A stretch of DNA of 64,000 nt from Gekko japonicus (Eukaryota), in NCBI RefSeq assembly GCF_001447785.1, contig NW_015173124.1, positions 1,817,441 through 1,881,440 on the forward strand, written 5' to 3'. Position numbers and translations under genes: made by a program. Under the pieces are notes generated by a model. The model was not told where the DNA came from. It did not search any database and worked only from the letters and a program-made list of their open reading frames with translations. Shown piece after piece: positions 1 through 12,111 of the stretch (positions are counted from its first letter, which is position 1; each line of letters starts with the position of its first letter).

Positions 1-37
1 TAGACATTGCACAAGTTTCATATAACAAATTCTTCAC

Positions 38-185
38 CTGGGATGTAACCTGTGGAGAAAGCTGTAACCTCCAGGGCCTGTCTGATGCACAGCGCAGCAT
101 TGTTCAGTGCAAGTACCACCTCAGCCAACTTTGTGAAGTTTGCTGCGCATTCAGTTACAGCAACGCACAACATGGCATCTGTCCT
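38..185 (-). other. Candidate exon of the unidentified minus-strand gene, possibly its first coding exon (ATG at 173)
   Basis: Acceptor CTTTTCCTCTCTCAG and donor CAG|GTGAAG. GCCATG opens MLCVAVTECAANFTKLAEVVLALNNAALCIRQALEVTAFSTGYIP. Confidence 0.4.
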
Positions 186-479
186 CTGAGAGAGGAAAAG
201 TCCACCGCCAGAGTTATTCTGCCCCCTAAAACACTGAGTGTAACTGACTGAGAAAGAATAGGCATTGAGAGACTGTGGGAAACATTTCTGGGCAAACAAA
301 GTGGGAAAGGGAGCCCAGCCCGCCGGACAGCAGTGATAAGAAAGACTTTTAATTTCCCCTAGAGGAGCTGGGCTCCGCCCGACCCTCACGTATTTGCAGA
401 CGCAGAAGTCAGTCCAGCCCAAGAGACCTTTTTACCACCACCTTTACAGCGCTCAGCCTCAGCACTTCTTCTGAAGCCT

Positions 480-1730
480 CGGTGACCGCCTGGCTCCAGG
501 AGAGAAAACGGATACTCGACGCTGTCTCTGCTTGTGTGCCTGCCGCTCTCGCTAGTGGGGGGAGCGGGGGGGGCGTCCCCCGGCCTTTCCCTCAATTGCC
601 CCCTTCTTCTGCGCAGGGACCAGAGCGGAACAATAAGGCCCCTGTTTCTTTAAGGCTGGTCGGCTCGCCCGGAGAAAAGCCGCCCTCTCACTCTCCACAA
701 CTTGAGCGAGGGAAGTTGGTTTCCGGGGAGACGCGGTCATCAACAGTGTGCATCGCCTTCCTCCTGCCGGGGAGGGCCAGAGACAGAGTCCGAAAGCCAG
801 GCGACCCGCCTCATTCCCCGGCCTACTCCCTCTCAGCCGCCCGCCCACCTACCTACTTACCCACAACGGCGCATCTCCCCTCTCGGTCGCCCGGACGCTG
901 GCTCGAGGTCGGACCGGAGCAACACGATCTCACCGGGGGGTGGGGTGGGGGTGGAACCTGCCCCCCCCCAGCTTGATCTGGGAGGTGCGCCCTTCTCATC
1001 CGGCGCCTGCCCTCCGCCGAGAAATCAGTGGGCACCGGCATGGATCCCGGCACTGCGAGTCCCCGTAGCCGCGGCCACCCTTCTCAAAGAGGTCACGGGG
1101 GAGGTCGCGACCCACCCTGTCCAGCCACTCACCTGTCGCGGCCTGTCCCATTCTCTGAGCGCGTCCCGCAAAGCCTCTCTCAAGGCTCCTCCATGCCCGG
1201 AGCGCTCCTGGCTGCGCGAGCTCTGGCGGGCACCGCTCGGGTCGGCCTCCTTCCCCGGGGCGTGGTACTCCCGCTGGGGGAGAAGGCGCTTCGCCTAGGT
1301 ACTCACCAGGCGGCCGGGCCTGGCAACTCTTTGCAGCGCCGGAAAGTTGCTCCCTGCTGCCGGGCCCCGTAGCCCACTTGCTCCTGTTCTGCTTCCAGGA
1401 TCACGAACACTTCTGTCTAACTCGGAAGGGTGCAGAGACCTACAGTAAGCCTACAGTAACGGGTCCAGTCAAAGTCTCGCCTTTTCTTACTTCGTATTTA
1501 CGTTTGGTGCTCCAGCAAATATGTTTTAAACTCTTAATGTTTGCCACTCCAAAATATCAGGACATGTATGTGTGGACGATAATCCGGACTGTTTCGCGCC
1601 ACACTGGCAGAGAGAGCGCGCCACGGTGGAAGAGGCGAAAGGTGTGGCTTGCACCTGTGGTCATTTCCGACCCTGGATCCAAGGCAGGCTGCAGAGTCCC
1701 CCACTGCAGTCCACCCTTAGAGCGCGCTCC
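480..1730 (-). promoter_or_regulatory. CpG island; probable promoter and first exon(s) of an unidentified minus-strand gene
   Basis: High CpG density. Near-consensus minus-strand donors with exon ends at 1307 (CTG|GTGAGT), 1133 (CAG|GTGAGT) and 861 (TGG|GTAAGT). Confidence 0.65.
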
Positions 1731-2131
1731 CTCCCCTACTGCTTCCACTGCCCCCCTAAGCAGATTTAACACCCTTTTAAATTGAAATCCGAGGGTTAAG
1801 AAACGGAGGACTGTGCTGATAATGCCACTGTTAGGTGACCTTTGCCTCTCCTTTCCTATATTGTGTTCTTATTTTGGAAATTACATCTAGTACTATTTTC
1901 ATTTTTATTTGTATATGTTCAAAAGGTAAAATCTTGGACCAAGTACAAATTCATGTCTTACATTTATTTACAGATTGGATAATTCCAGTGGGAGTAACAA
2001 GAGAGTTGTTTTCTGAGCTTGTTCCTAACTATGATGAGGATTCCAGATGGGCAGCTGCTTAGCAGCCAAGTGACAGGAGCTCAGTGGCCATTTAGAGACC
2101 AAACATGTTTAGTCCATCATAAGCTTTTGTG

Positions 2132-2460
2132 GGAGCTGCGTGGCTCAAGTGGTTAAGACGCTGAACTGCAGGCTGTGGAAGGTCGGTAGTTCAGCAGTTC
2201 AAGACCCGGGTGCCGCAAGACGGGGTGAGCTCCTGTCTCTAGTTCCAGCTCCTGCCAACCTAGCAGTTCGAAAGCAAGAAATTGCAAGTAGATAAATATA
2301 ACAGCGTTCTGTGCACCTTGGTGTTTAGTCATGCCGGCCACATGACCACTGAAATGTCTTCGGACAGCGCTGGCTCTTCGGCTTTGAAACGGAGATGAGC
2401 ACCGCAACCCTAGAGTCGGATTCAACTGGCTTTCGAGCAAGGGAACCTTTACCTTTTACC
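2132..2460 (+). mobile_element. Sauria SINE
   Basis: tRNA-like head, (ACCTTT)n tail, TSD TAAGCTTTTGTG at 2120-2131 and 2461-2472. Confidence 0.85.
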
Positions 2461-2869
2461 TAAGCTTTTGTGAGTCAGAGCTCACCTCAACAGCTGCCTG
2501 GGAATGGTCCTCACTTTTTCAATTGGATCTTGTTTTAAGCTAGTCTCTCTTTGGAATATCTCCCACCCACCTTGACTTTTGTGATTTGCAGCTTTTCGTT
2601 ATAAATGAATCTGCCTAATGGTAGAAGGGCCATATGTCCTCTTTATTTTATTTTTTATTTATTTCTTACTATTAACCTACTTATAGAATAGTAGATTGTA
2701 ATTAATTTGGAATGGTAGATTGCAATGTATGGTCTGGAGACAGGGGAGGTAAGTCTACGCATCCAGTCACCCCACTTCTGAGAAGAAGAGGCTGTAAGGT
2801 CGCCTCCATGCTTGAGAGGAAGAAGGATGGCAGGTCTCAGTTAATTCACTATTCCACAATCAAGTATAC

Positions 2870-3775
2870 ATCTGCCCATCAATCTCCAATGCTGACATAT
2901 TTATTTCCTTCACTATGTTTTCCCCCAATTAAACACAAACAAATGGTAACCATATAAACTAAACTTGGCCCTTGAATCTGTTAAACATCTTCATTATGCT
3001 GTATGCTATTTTACTGCTCACCCTCTACCTATATGTATGGACCAGTCAGGCCCATAGCTACATTGGAGCCTTTCAGGGCCCGGCCTCCCCGACTTCCCAC
3101 CAAGGGCCCCCAACTCACCTAGCCCAGGACCCCAACTTCCAACTTTTAATTTTATTTATTGCACTCATTGCCACCACTGGCAAGCCTCGTGCCGCCCTCT
3201 CTTGCTGCTCTTTTTTGTTTTTCGCCAGCCGGCAAATCTCCAATCTCATGCTGCTGCTGCTCTCTCTTGCGTCTCTTGGGCTGTCAAGTCAAGCCCCTTG
3301 GGTTGGATTATCCCACGCTGCTGCTCTGCTCTCTCTCTCACTGCTCGCTGGCCAGCAAGGCAAGCCCTGACCACCTTCATCCCTCCGATTCCCAAGCCAG
3401 CAAAGCAAGTGCCGCACTGCCCAATCCCTCCGCCGGGCATCAGAGCCCATGATTTTGCTTCCATTCCTTCCCCACCCCCTTCCCTTTTTATCTGCAGGGC
3501 TCATCTCTGCCTCCCACCTTTGAATAAGTAAATTATTTAAATTAGCCAGTGCCAAGTGCTCGCCCCCCCCCCAGAAATTCCTGGCTACAGGCCTGGGACC
3601 AGTAATTTCCATTTCATTGTATCTGAAGAAGTGTGTGTGCGCATAAAAGCTTTTACCCTGAATAAAACTTTGTTGGTCTTAAAGGTGCCACTGGACTCAA
3701 GCTTTGTTCTGCTGCTTCAGACCAACAGGGCTACCAAGCGGAATCTATCTGAATGGTAGAACAGTTAGGTTTGAG
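2870..3775 (+). mobile_element. Penelope-like 3' fragment, interrupted by a hAT MITE
   Basis: Similar to the reverse complement of 16270-16570; degenerate hammerhead at about 3623 (GAAA changed to AAAA). Confidence 0.6.
3047..3595. mobile_element. Non-autonomous hAT element
   Basis: Terminal inverted repeats (TIRs) CAGGCCCATAGC/GCTACAGGCCTG; perfect 8-bp TSD GGACCAGT. Confidence 0.8.
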
Positions 3776-3823
3776 TCTGATAGCACTTTAGAGACCAGCA
3801 AGAGTTTCAAGGTGTAAGCTTTC

Positions 3824-4081
3824 TTTCTTTCTTTCTTTCGATATTTTTGCAGTTTTGTGTGTGCGTGTGTGCGCCCGTGCCTGGAAGTCAGGGCAACCTC
3901 TGGTGACTCCTACTGGGGCGTGGAGGACATTCAGAGAAGTGGCTTGATAGCCTGCTTCTGCCTCCTGGCTGGCCCTGGTATTCCTTGGAGGTCTCCCTTC
4001 CAAGTACTTGCCAGGGTCGGCCCTGCTTAGCTTCCAAGATCTGATGAGATCAGGCTTGCCTGGTCCCTCCAGGTCAGGGCT
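3824..4081 (-). mobile_element. 5S rRNA-derived SINE inside an inverted Penelope-type repeat pair (about 3760-4377)
   Basis: Reverse complement of a 5S-like GATCT..GAAGCTAAGCAGGG..AGTACTTGGA.GGGAGACC segment; 14-bp TSD AGGTGTAAGCTTTC at 3810-3823 and 4082-4095. Confidence 0.75.
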
Positions 4082-6084
4082 AGGTGTAAGCTTTCACAAG
4101 TCAAAGCTCCCTTCATCAGACATAGTAGAACGGAAGTGGAGATTTGAGTTCGGTTATCCTAGTCAGAAGTTGGGAGGGGTGTTGCAAGGAACGCCTGTAG
4201 AGGATGCAGAGGTACAGTGCATGCTGTAATCAGATCCCCACTTCTGTTTTACTGTGTCTGATGAAGGGGGCTTTGACTCTTGGAATCCTGCACTCGGGAA
4301 CTCTTGGTGGCCTCTGAGGTGCTCCTGGACTCAGATCTCGCTCCTCTACTGCAGACCAACATGGCTGCCCTCTGAAAGTGCCTAATGGTAGAGAGCCAGT
4401 GGTGCTCAGCAGACAGAATGTCAGGCTAGGATGTGGGAGACCCACATTCAGATCTCCACTCTGCCACGGATGCTTGCTGGGTGACTTTGGGCCAGTCACA
4501 TACCCTCAGCCTCACCTACCTCACAGGGCTGTTGTGAGGATAAAATGGAGGACAGCAAACTGATATAAGCCACTTTAGGCAGGTTATAAATAGAATGCAT
4601 ACTGAATAAATGCTTCAAGCACCTGATGAACTGAGCTATTCTCCTTTACGTTGTTATTAAATAGTGTTTTTCCTCATTTGCAACAGCTGCCAAGAAGCTG
4701 TTTTAGGCAGTGAGTTCCCACTATAAATGAGCAGTCACTGGTAGAAAGTAAGAACAGTTCAATGAAGGGCATTTTCCTCATGCTCCTCACAAGCCAGGCA
4801 AAAGCCCCAAGGTGGAAATACACCTTCCGTCGCCTGAAAATTAAGCTAATGGTTTGGAAGAATCTTCAGAACATCCCAATGTAGAATCAGCATAATTTCT
4901 CCTTCTGTCTGAAGGCTTGCAAACACCTCCTTGCTTGCCACAGGAAAGTGTCTGCAACTTCTCACCATAAATGAGAGGGCCTTTTGAGTACATTTTGTCA
5001 TTACTGGGTGGCCGTCCACTTAAGCACCCCTCGTTACTTATCCATTAGGAAAAGCATCCTGGCATGCCCATGACACCAAATAAGATTTAACATTTGTCTG
5101 CAGTAGTACCCCAGCTTTGTACCCAGCTATGGAACACCCCGAAAGTCGACAGCAGCCTGAACATGGAACAAATCAAAGAAACAGTACAAGATTGGAAAAC
5201 ATGGAGAGAACGGGCCCATAGAATCGCCAAGAGTTGAACACGACTGAATGGATAACACGGAATACCGGCCGCCTAACACTGCTTGGCATGTGCAGTGTAG
5301 ATGCAGTGATGCTGCTGAAACTCTCCCTGTTGATGGGCTTGGTCAGGCCTTAGGCATTCCTACAAACAGGAGGGCATAATGGCCTCTCATAGAATGGGTA
5401 TTAGGAATTCTCCCAAGGGGTCACGGTTGGCCCTTGGACCTTATGCTGCATAGCCCTGCTCTAGATTCTGGGCTGGTTAAACTGGCTCAGGCCTTCTGTG
5501 GGGCTGGCCCCAAGGATTACCAGCTTTTGAAACACCCTCTAATTATCCTTTTAATAGCCACTTACTCTGTGGCAATTAGCAGGTGAGAATGTGTATTTCT
5601 ATGCTATCAAAAGATTTGCATGCTGATGTCTTCACAAGAAACCATTGATTACGAGACAGAAGCAGGCCAACCAGTTAGCAGCTTTATGTGTCACATAGTG
5701 GAGCAGATACTTTTCTCTCTCCTGTTCTGGGAGAAGGAATCTATATGCCAATAGGGGGGGGGGATACATCGAAATTGTGCTTTTCAGACATCCACTGCTT
5801 TGGGGATCTGGTCCTTTTCAGAATGAACTCCTTTCCCTACTCTTCAGTGTGCTTCCACTATTCAGATAACCCCAGTGTCCTGCTTTCTGGCTCTGAGTAC
5901 GCATTGTCTGCCCCACTAATGAAATAAAGTTCACCACTGCAGGAAGAGGAGGGCCAAGGAGCTTCAGCTTCCCTGAAACTGGCTCCAGTTTTCCTGGACT
6001 TTTAGTTTTGCTGCCTCACCAGTTAAGAAGTCTCCTTGACAATTTGATTTCTTTTGCCTCCTACTAGGCAATACTCAAATTTAC

Positions 6085-6278
6085 ACTTTTATCTATACAT
6101 ATGTAAGTGCTGACAAATCACAACTGACTTATGATCCCAGCAAGGGGCTTTCAAAGCAAGTGAGAAGCAGGGGTCGTTTGCCATTGCCTTCCTCTGCAGA
6201 TACTTCCTTGGTGGTCTCCCATCCAAGTACTGATCTTGCTTAGCTTCCGAGATCTGATGAGAGTGGGCTATACCATGG
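6085..6278 (-). mobile_element. 5S rRNA-derived SINE
   Basis: ggtctcccatccaagtact...gcttagcttccgagatctgatgaga is antisense to the 5S internal promoter region. Confidence 0.7.
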
Positions 6279-6805
6279 TGCCTTTCTTCCTCTTGCATCC
6301 ATACACTGAATTTAATATATATACATTAATAACGAGAGTTACCCTCTTGCCCCATCAAAAAAGAAAGAAATTATCATCCTTTTACCCACTGAGAAAAGGG
6401 GATGATTACCTAGGGAGTTACTATAAAACATCCAAGAACTATGGGAAATACCAGCTGAAGGGCTGGTTAATTGGTCACTGGGGGCTTTGGCAGCTCTGTT
6501 TTTACATCCCTGTGCAAGTCTGTATGGAGATGCTTCGTTACTCCAGTTATATTTTTGCTGTATCCTCAACCAGTATGATTTAATAGTGGATGGACTGGGA
6601 GTGATGAGAATAATCATGGGGGGGGGATTATGTGATTTAACATTGAAATTGAGACTGAAGAGGTAAATTCTTGCCAATGGCTATTCCAAGGGAGTTATGC
6701 TTAATTTCTATAAAGAGCCAATCAACCTAGAAGCCATGTAGGAATTTCTTCTGCCTGTGTTCAGAGATGCACTCTCTCCCTTATCATTACTGATCTGTTC
6801 CAGAG

Positions 6806-7006
6806 CTATGGCTGCCAACCACCAGGTGGTACCTAGAGATCTCCTCCTGAGATTACAACTGATCTCCAGGCAACAGAGATCAGTTCACCTTGAGAAAATG
6901 GCTGCTTCAGAAGGTGGACTCTATGGCACTGTACCCTACTAAAGTCCCTCCCCTCCCTAAACCACACCCTCCTCAGGCTCCACCCCCAACCTGAATCTGA
7001 CAACCA
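6806..7006. mobile_element. hAT-type MITE of the AGGGTTGCCA family; other copies at 10999-11235, about 12208-12425, 42744-42963, 43250-43500 and 60329-60590
   Basis: Shared core gagatcagttc.cctggagaaaatggctg...ggactctatggca. The 10999-11235 copy has a TSD ccaaatac/acaaatac and splits a 5S SINE. Confidence 0.7.
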
Positions 7007-9489
7007 TATCCAGAGCTGAGGCCTGACATTCGAAACTTAGTTGGAGATTGAGACATACTGAGTCCTGCCTCAAAACCCCTACTGCACACACAGACACACA
7101 CAATGGAGCTATGCACGATGTCCAAAAGGGTCCAATGCCTCTGCAAAAGGAGTAAAGGGTTTCCTAATTCATTTGCACATGATGCATATGTAAATAGCTA
7201 CAAGGAAGAGGCCTGTAGAAGCTCTGTAGAGCTTGGAGCACAATAAATGTCCCCTTTCCTCAGCTCCATTTCCAGGACTGCTAGTTTTGGAGAAGACAGA
7301 CTCTGCCACCCTGGGAAAAAAACAGGGAAAAAATGTGTGCTTGTTTGGGAAAATGGAAAGCTCACACTGAAAATGGCCAGAGAGAGCTAAAGAAAGAAAC
7401 TCCAGTAGCCTAGCTATTGTGTTATGACACTTTGGCCTAAGCAGGGGTCATTTCGTAGAAAAAGAGGTGCAGGAGCTCATTAGCATAACTCATTAGCATA
7501 ACGTATTTGCATATGCCACACCCCCTGACATCACCGGAAGTGCGTCAGAAGGCAACACCCACTGCTCAGGCTCCACTGGACTGTTTTGGATTGCTAGCTA
7601 TTGGGGGGGGGGAACGTGCAGATCTGCCCTTGCAGAGGAGGGAGAGCTTGTACCTAAATAAAACTTGGTCTTAAAGGTGCCACTGGACTGTTTTGGACTG
7701 GGGGGTCAGCGGGAGGGCTCTGCAGCTTACATGGCTGCTTCTTGCTCTGACTGAGGGCTGCTGGGACCAGGAGGTGGGGCTTGTTGCATGTGCCCACCCC
7801 CTGGGCTCTTTACTGCCAGAGCTCTGCTCCGATGTGCTCCTGCAGGAAATGACCCCTGGGCCTAAGTATGGCTGGGAAAGGCTTGTACAGGCAAAGGTGA
7901 AATCCTTTCTGGCTTAGGGTTCCACGAAGCTGCAATGATTCTGGAAAATGTTTTATAGGTCACTTCTAGTTTTTCATACTTTGGAGTTTTCAGAGGAGCA
8001 TGACACAGGTTATGAACCCTTTTTTACCATCAAGTTGTCAGACCCCAGTCCAGTTATGCTCAACAACTCTCTCTTTGGCAGTGATAAGTTTATTGGAGTA
8101 TATGCAAGATCCAGAAAGTCACTGTGTCAGAACTAAAGACTTTTGGCGAGCACAAGCTTAATATAGTAAGTTCAAAGAAAAGCCCCTTCCCCTTCTCCAC
8201 GCATATGTCATACACATACCACGCCTAGTGTTGCCATCCCAACCAAGGGAGAGATATATGGCTTGGTTATCTACATTCGAGGATGGCACAGACAGCACAG
8301 AAAGCCTCTCAAGGTCACCTTCCCTTGGGAACGCAAAAAGGGAGGGAAGGAGGATGACTGGGAAGGTTAAGTCTTCTAAAAGCAAAGGTCTCATTCACTC
8401 ATACACACCCCCTCCCCTAAGGAATTCCCTCCACAAGCGCAGTGGTTTGACACAAGCCACAGATGATTTATGCAGGGCAGGAGCTTCCATAAGGTGGGGT
8501 TAAGCAATTGCCTAGGGCGCCAGCTTAAGAAAGCGCCCTGCTGGCCTGTTGCCCCTCCCCCTCCCCTCCCTCACCAAAGCCCTGCTCCTCCGCTCGCACA
8601 AAGAGGGGGGACAGAGCCAGAGAGAAAGTTTGTTCACCATTTCCAGCGCTGGTGCCGCCGACGTCACCTTGGCCCCCTGCCTGCCAGTCCCCAGCACAGT
8701 GGGAGAAGGAGGTGTGGAGGTGCGCAGGCCAGGTGGGAAAGCCAGATACCTTTTAAGAGCCGCTCACCCACCTCTCGACCCAGGGAAGAGGAGGCCGCTG
8801 CCACTGTGCATGTTGGGCAGGCCCCGTGGGAGCAGGGGAGGGGGGAGGAGGAGGTGGTGGAGGAAGTTTCCCCCTCCTTCTCCTTCACTCCCTCCTTCCC
8901 CCTCCTTGGCCGGTGCTGGCAGCCAGGCTGAGAGGAGATGTGGCACACAAAGGCAGGCAGGCAGGTCAGCTCACACCCAGGACCGGGGTGGTGGCAGGGG
9001 GAACTGGTTCCACCAGTTCCTGTGGGGTGGAGGAGGAGAGGTCAGGCCAAGAGGGGCGTGGGCGGGGGCTGGCTGGGGTCTATGGGGCCCAGGAGCAGGA
9101 AGATCCAGTTGCTGCCCCGTGCAAAAGCCCAGCTGCTTTTGAAAGGCGAGCCGCATTGCTTGCAACGCGACCATAGATTGATTGCAGTCAGTGCTGCTGT
9201 TGTTCTTCAGACCCCAAAAGTGTATCTTGCAATAAATGCTGAGCGATTGGGAGAGCCAGTGTCACCAGGAACGCGGTTCTGGTCTTGAAGGTGCAGTGGG
9301 ACCATCTGTTTGCTGCGGTGAGGACGCCTGGAGGTGGGCAGGGGAAACTGCCGTCAAGTCACAGCCAATGGATTGCAACCCCTGATGGAGGTTTTCAAGA
9401 TGAGAGGTGAACAGAGAGGTGGTTGGCCATTGGCTGGCTGCGCATAGCAAGCCTGGGCTCCCTTGGTGGTCTCCCACCCAAAGACTCAG

Positions 9490-10050
9490 TGTCGTGGGTC
9501 AGGGTCTAGCTGAGGCTGACTCCTCCTCAGATGAGGAAGGGGCAGGGAACAACTCAGTCTCCTCTAGAGACAGCCCAGAGGAAGAACCCTTAGGAGTACC
9601 TGAGAAGGAGGAAGAGTCCCCAGCAGCTGCACAAGAGGTGCAGCCGGAAGGAGAGACCATTCCTGAGCCAGGGCCAGCAACTCCAGCTGCAGACACCCCA
9701 AGGCCAGACTCTCCGCCTAGTTCCCCTGGGTGCCCCAGATGTAGGGCACGGCAGAGGCTGACTTTGCAGGAACTAAAAAGAAGTGCCAGGCTGCAGCTCC
9801 AGCAACATCAACGAGAGGAGTTGTAAGCCTCTGCAGACTCAACTCCAAAGGGAGAGAGGATCTGTTTAAAACCCCTTGGTGTACCTGCTCCAGTGCAGCA
9901 ACAACTCTGCAAAATCAGACCTGCTTCTGAGTGTGCAGCAGTCACTCCTTACCTTTGGAAACCTGCATTCTTGAAACGACTTCCTGGCTATCAGACCTTT
10001 GACTTTCTCACTGACCTTGATTCCGGCTCAGGTCTTCAGCCTGGCACCGG
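9490..10050 (+). mobile_element. Probable LTR-retrotransposon LTR fragment
   Basis: Starts with TGTCGTG, interrupts a 5S SINE and contains an acidic low-complexity pseudo-ORF; 3' end not resolved. Confidence 0.4.
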
Positions 10051-11663
10051 CCCTGAATTTATGGTGACCTTGTGGGGTTTTCAAGGCAAGACCTGTTGTG
10101 GTTTGCCATTGCCTGCCTCTGCATTGCAGCTGTTTCCAATATTCTGTAAATATACAGAAAGCTCTATATCAATGCAAGGCTTTCTGGATTTACTGACTGA
10201 GGACATCTCATCCATATGGTCTTAATCAGGCATTGGAGTTATGTTTTCTTTAAATTGATACGTGTCTCTTTAACTAGTTAGGAGTTGCTGTTACTGTTTG
10301 TGCTATATATTAGCCGATACTTTGTTCATTACCTAGAGGCAATACCACCTTAGTAATGTTACAGAGTGGCTCTTTTGAAAATTGTGACTGGTTGCCCATT
10401 AATACAAGCACTGTAACTCATTGTACCTTAACAATTTGAAATTATCCCAAATGGGTAAGTTTCATTGTATCAATCTGTATTTGTACTTTGTTTCAATTCA
10501 TATGTGACTTTTTGTAAAGATTACTGAGGCACTAATTTCCCTTTTTAGGAAACTGATTGAAGACACATCACTGCCTCAGATGTTAATGAAAAATGTTTAA
10601 TGGGTAATTAATTTGACTTCACATATGTAATTTAAATTTTGTATATTGTAGTCCTGATCTTATGTATCATTCGTTTCATAGTACTATTTTATCTTGATTT
10701 TTATATGTTAGTGTTACATTTTCTTGAAGAAGACAACCAAAACGAAGCTCTTAACATCTGGAACCTTCGTTAAATTAATGAATTCTTTATTGAAGAACTT
10801 ATTTACAGTACATGTGTTGTTGTAATGAAGTCTTTCATGTGTTATTTTCTTAATTAGCTTTCTTGTTCTTTCTTAATATAGCATATCAGTATTTATTGCA
10901 ATTCTAGCATCTTTTGTACACAGCTTTTACTATTGGCATTACTGCATTGCTGTGTGATCTTTCTCTCTGCATTCCTTGGTGGTCTCCTATCCAAATACTA
11001 GGTTTGCCATTGCCAACTCTGGAGATTTTGGGGGTAGAACCTGGTGAGGGCAGGGTTTGGAGAGGAGAGGGGAGGGGAGGGGAGGGGAGGGGGGGGAGCA
11101 CAGCAGGGTATAATGCCATAGAGTCCAACCTCTGAAACAGCCATTTTCTCCGGGGGAAGATCTTGGTCATCTGGAGAACCATTGTAATAGTGGGGGGGGG
11201 TGTCTCCAGGTGCCACCTGGAGGCTGGAAAACCTAACAAATACCTACCAGGGCCTCTCCTGCTTAGCCTCTGAGACCTGATGACATCTGGCTATCCTATC
11301 TAGGTCGGAGCTATGAACCAAAAGTCCCTGCTCTAAACTATTCAGCATCTGTTTTAAAGAACATTAGATTCACCTGGATTAAACATCAGCATGGACATAT
11401 TGATCTATTTAATGTAATTTCAGATCTGAAGAAGGATACCGTGTAACTCAAAAGCTTGCTTCCTGAATGTTTTCATGGATCAGTTGGTCCAAAAATGATG
11501 TTATTTCACTTGGTTTGTGTGTATCCCTCTGATGGGGCCAATCTGATCTATGTATGAACCAGTATGAACCAGTGAGATTGTAGATGGATTATCGAGACTT
11601 TACAGTTTTTAGATTTGTTGCATCCACCAGATAAGTGTTGACAGTTTTAAAATGCAAACTATA

Positions 11664-12111
11664 TGTCAGCTAGCTGCCATAGAAAACTGGGAGGCAGTTG
11701 GTTTCCCCCCCCCTCTCCCCTGGAATCTGCGCATGCCCTATCTTCCCTGTGTATGATCTTGTCTCATGCATTCCTGTCTGTAAATGCTAGGCAACGCTTA
11801 TCTGCAAGGTTAACAGGTGTGTGGGGGAGCTGCTTTGCCAAATGTATAATGAACTGCACCGTGTGAAGCTGTAATTGTTTAGGTTTAAGTACCGTTGCTT
11901 CTCAGGCTTTTGAGCGTGTAACCTGGAGTCTGCCCGCTCGGCGGGAATGGAGATTATTGGTTATTACCCTGTTTGAATGTCTTACATTATTCCTTGCCCA
12001 CCCTGGCCCAGGCATTCTGGACAGTGAATTTGTTCCTGCTCTATCATAGCTTTAATAAAATACTACTTTGCCTAAACGTGTATTGGATTAATAGCTGTGG
12101 GGGACCGGACA
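11664..12111 (+). mobile_element. Solo LTR
   Basis: TG...CA, 5-bp TSD CTATA, AATAAA at 12054. Its 5' end TGTCAGCTAGCTGCCAT is nearly identical to that of the intron-13 LTR. Confidence 0.8.

Noticed and set aside
482-1372. Several long overlapping ORFs
   Set aside because: Stop-poor GC-rich CpG island; low-complexity P/R/G/S translations with no recognisable domain
3975-4060. 5S rRNA-like sequence (also near 6200-6265 and 10970-11290)
   Set aside because: Diverged, fused to a SINE body and TSD-flanked; these are not rRNA genes
8470-9826. Cluster of 100-200 aa ORFs
   Set aside because: GC-rich transposon/LTR-like sequence with low-complexity translations
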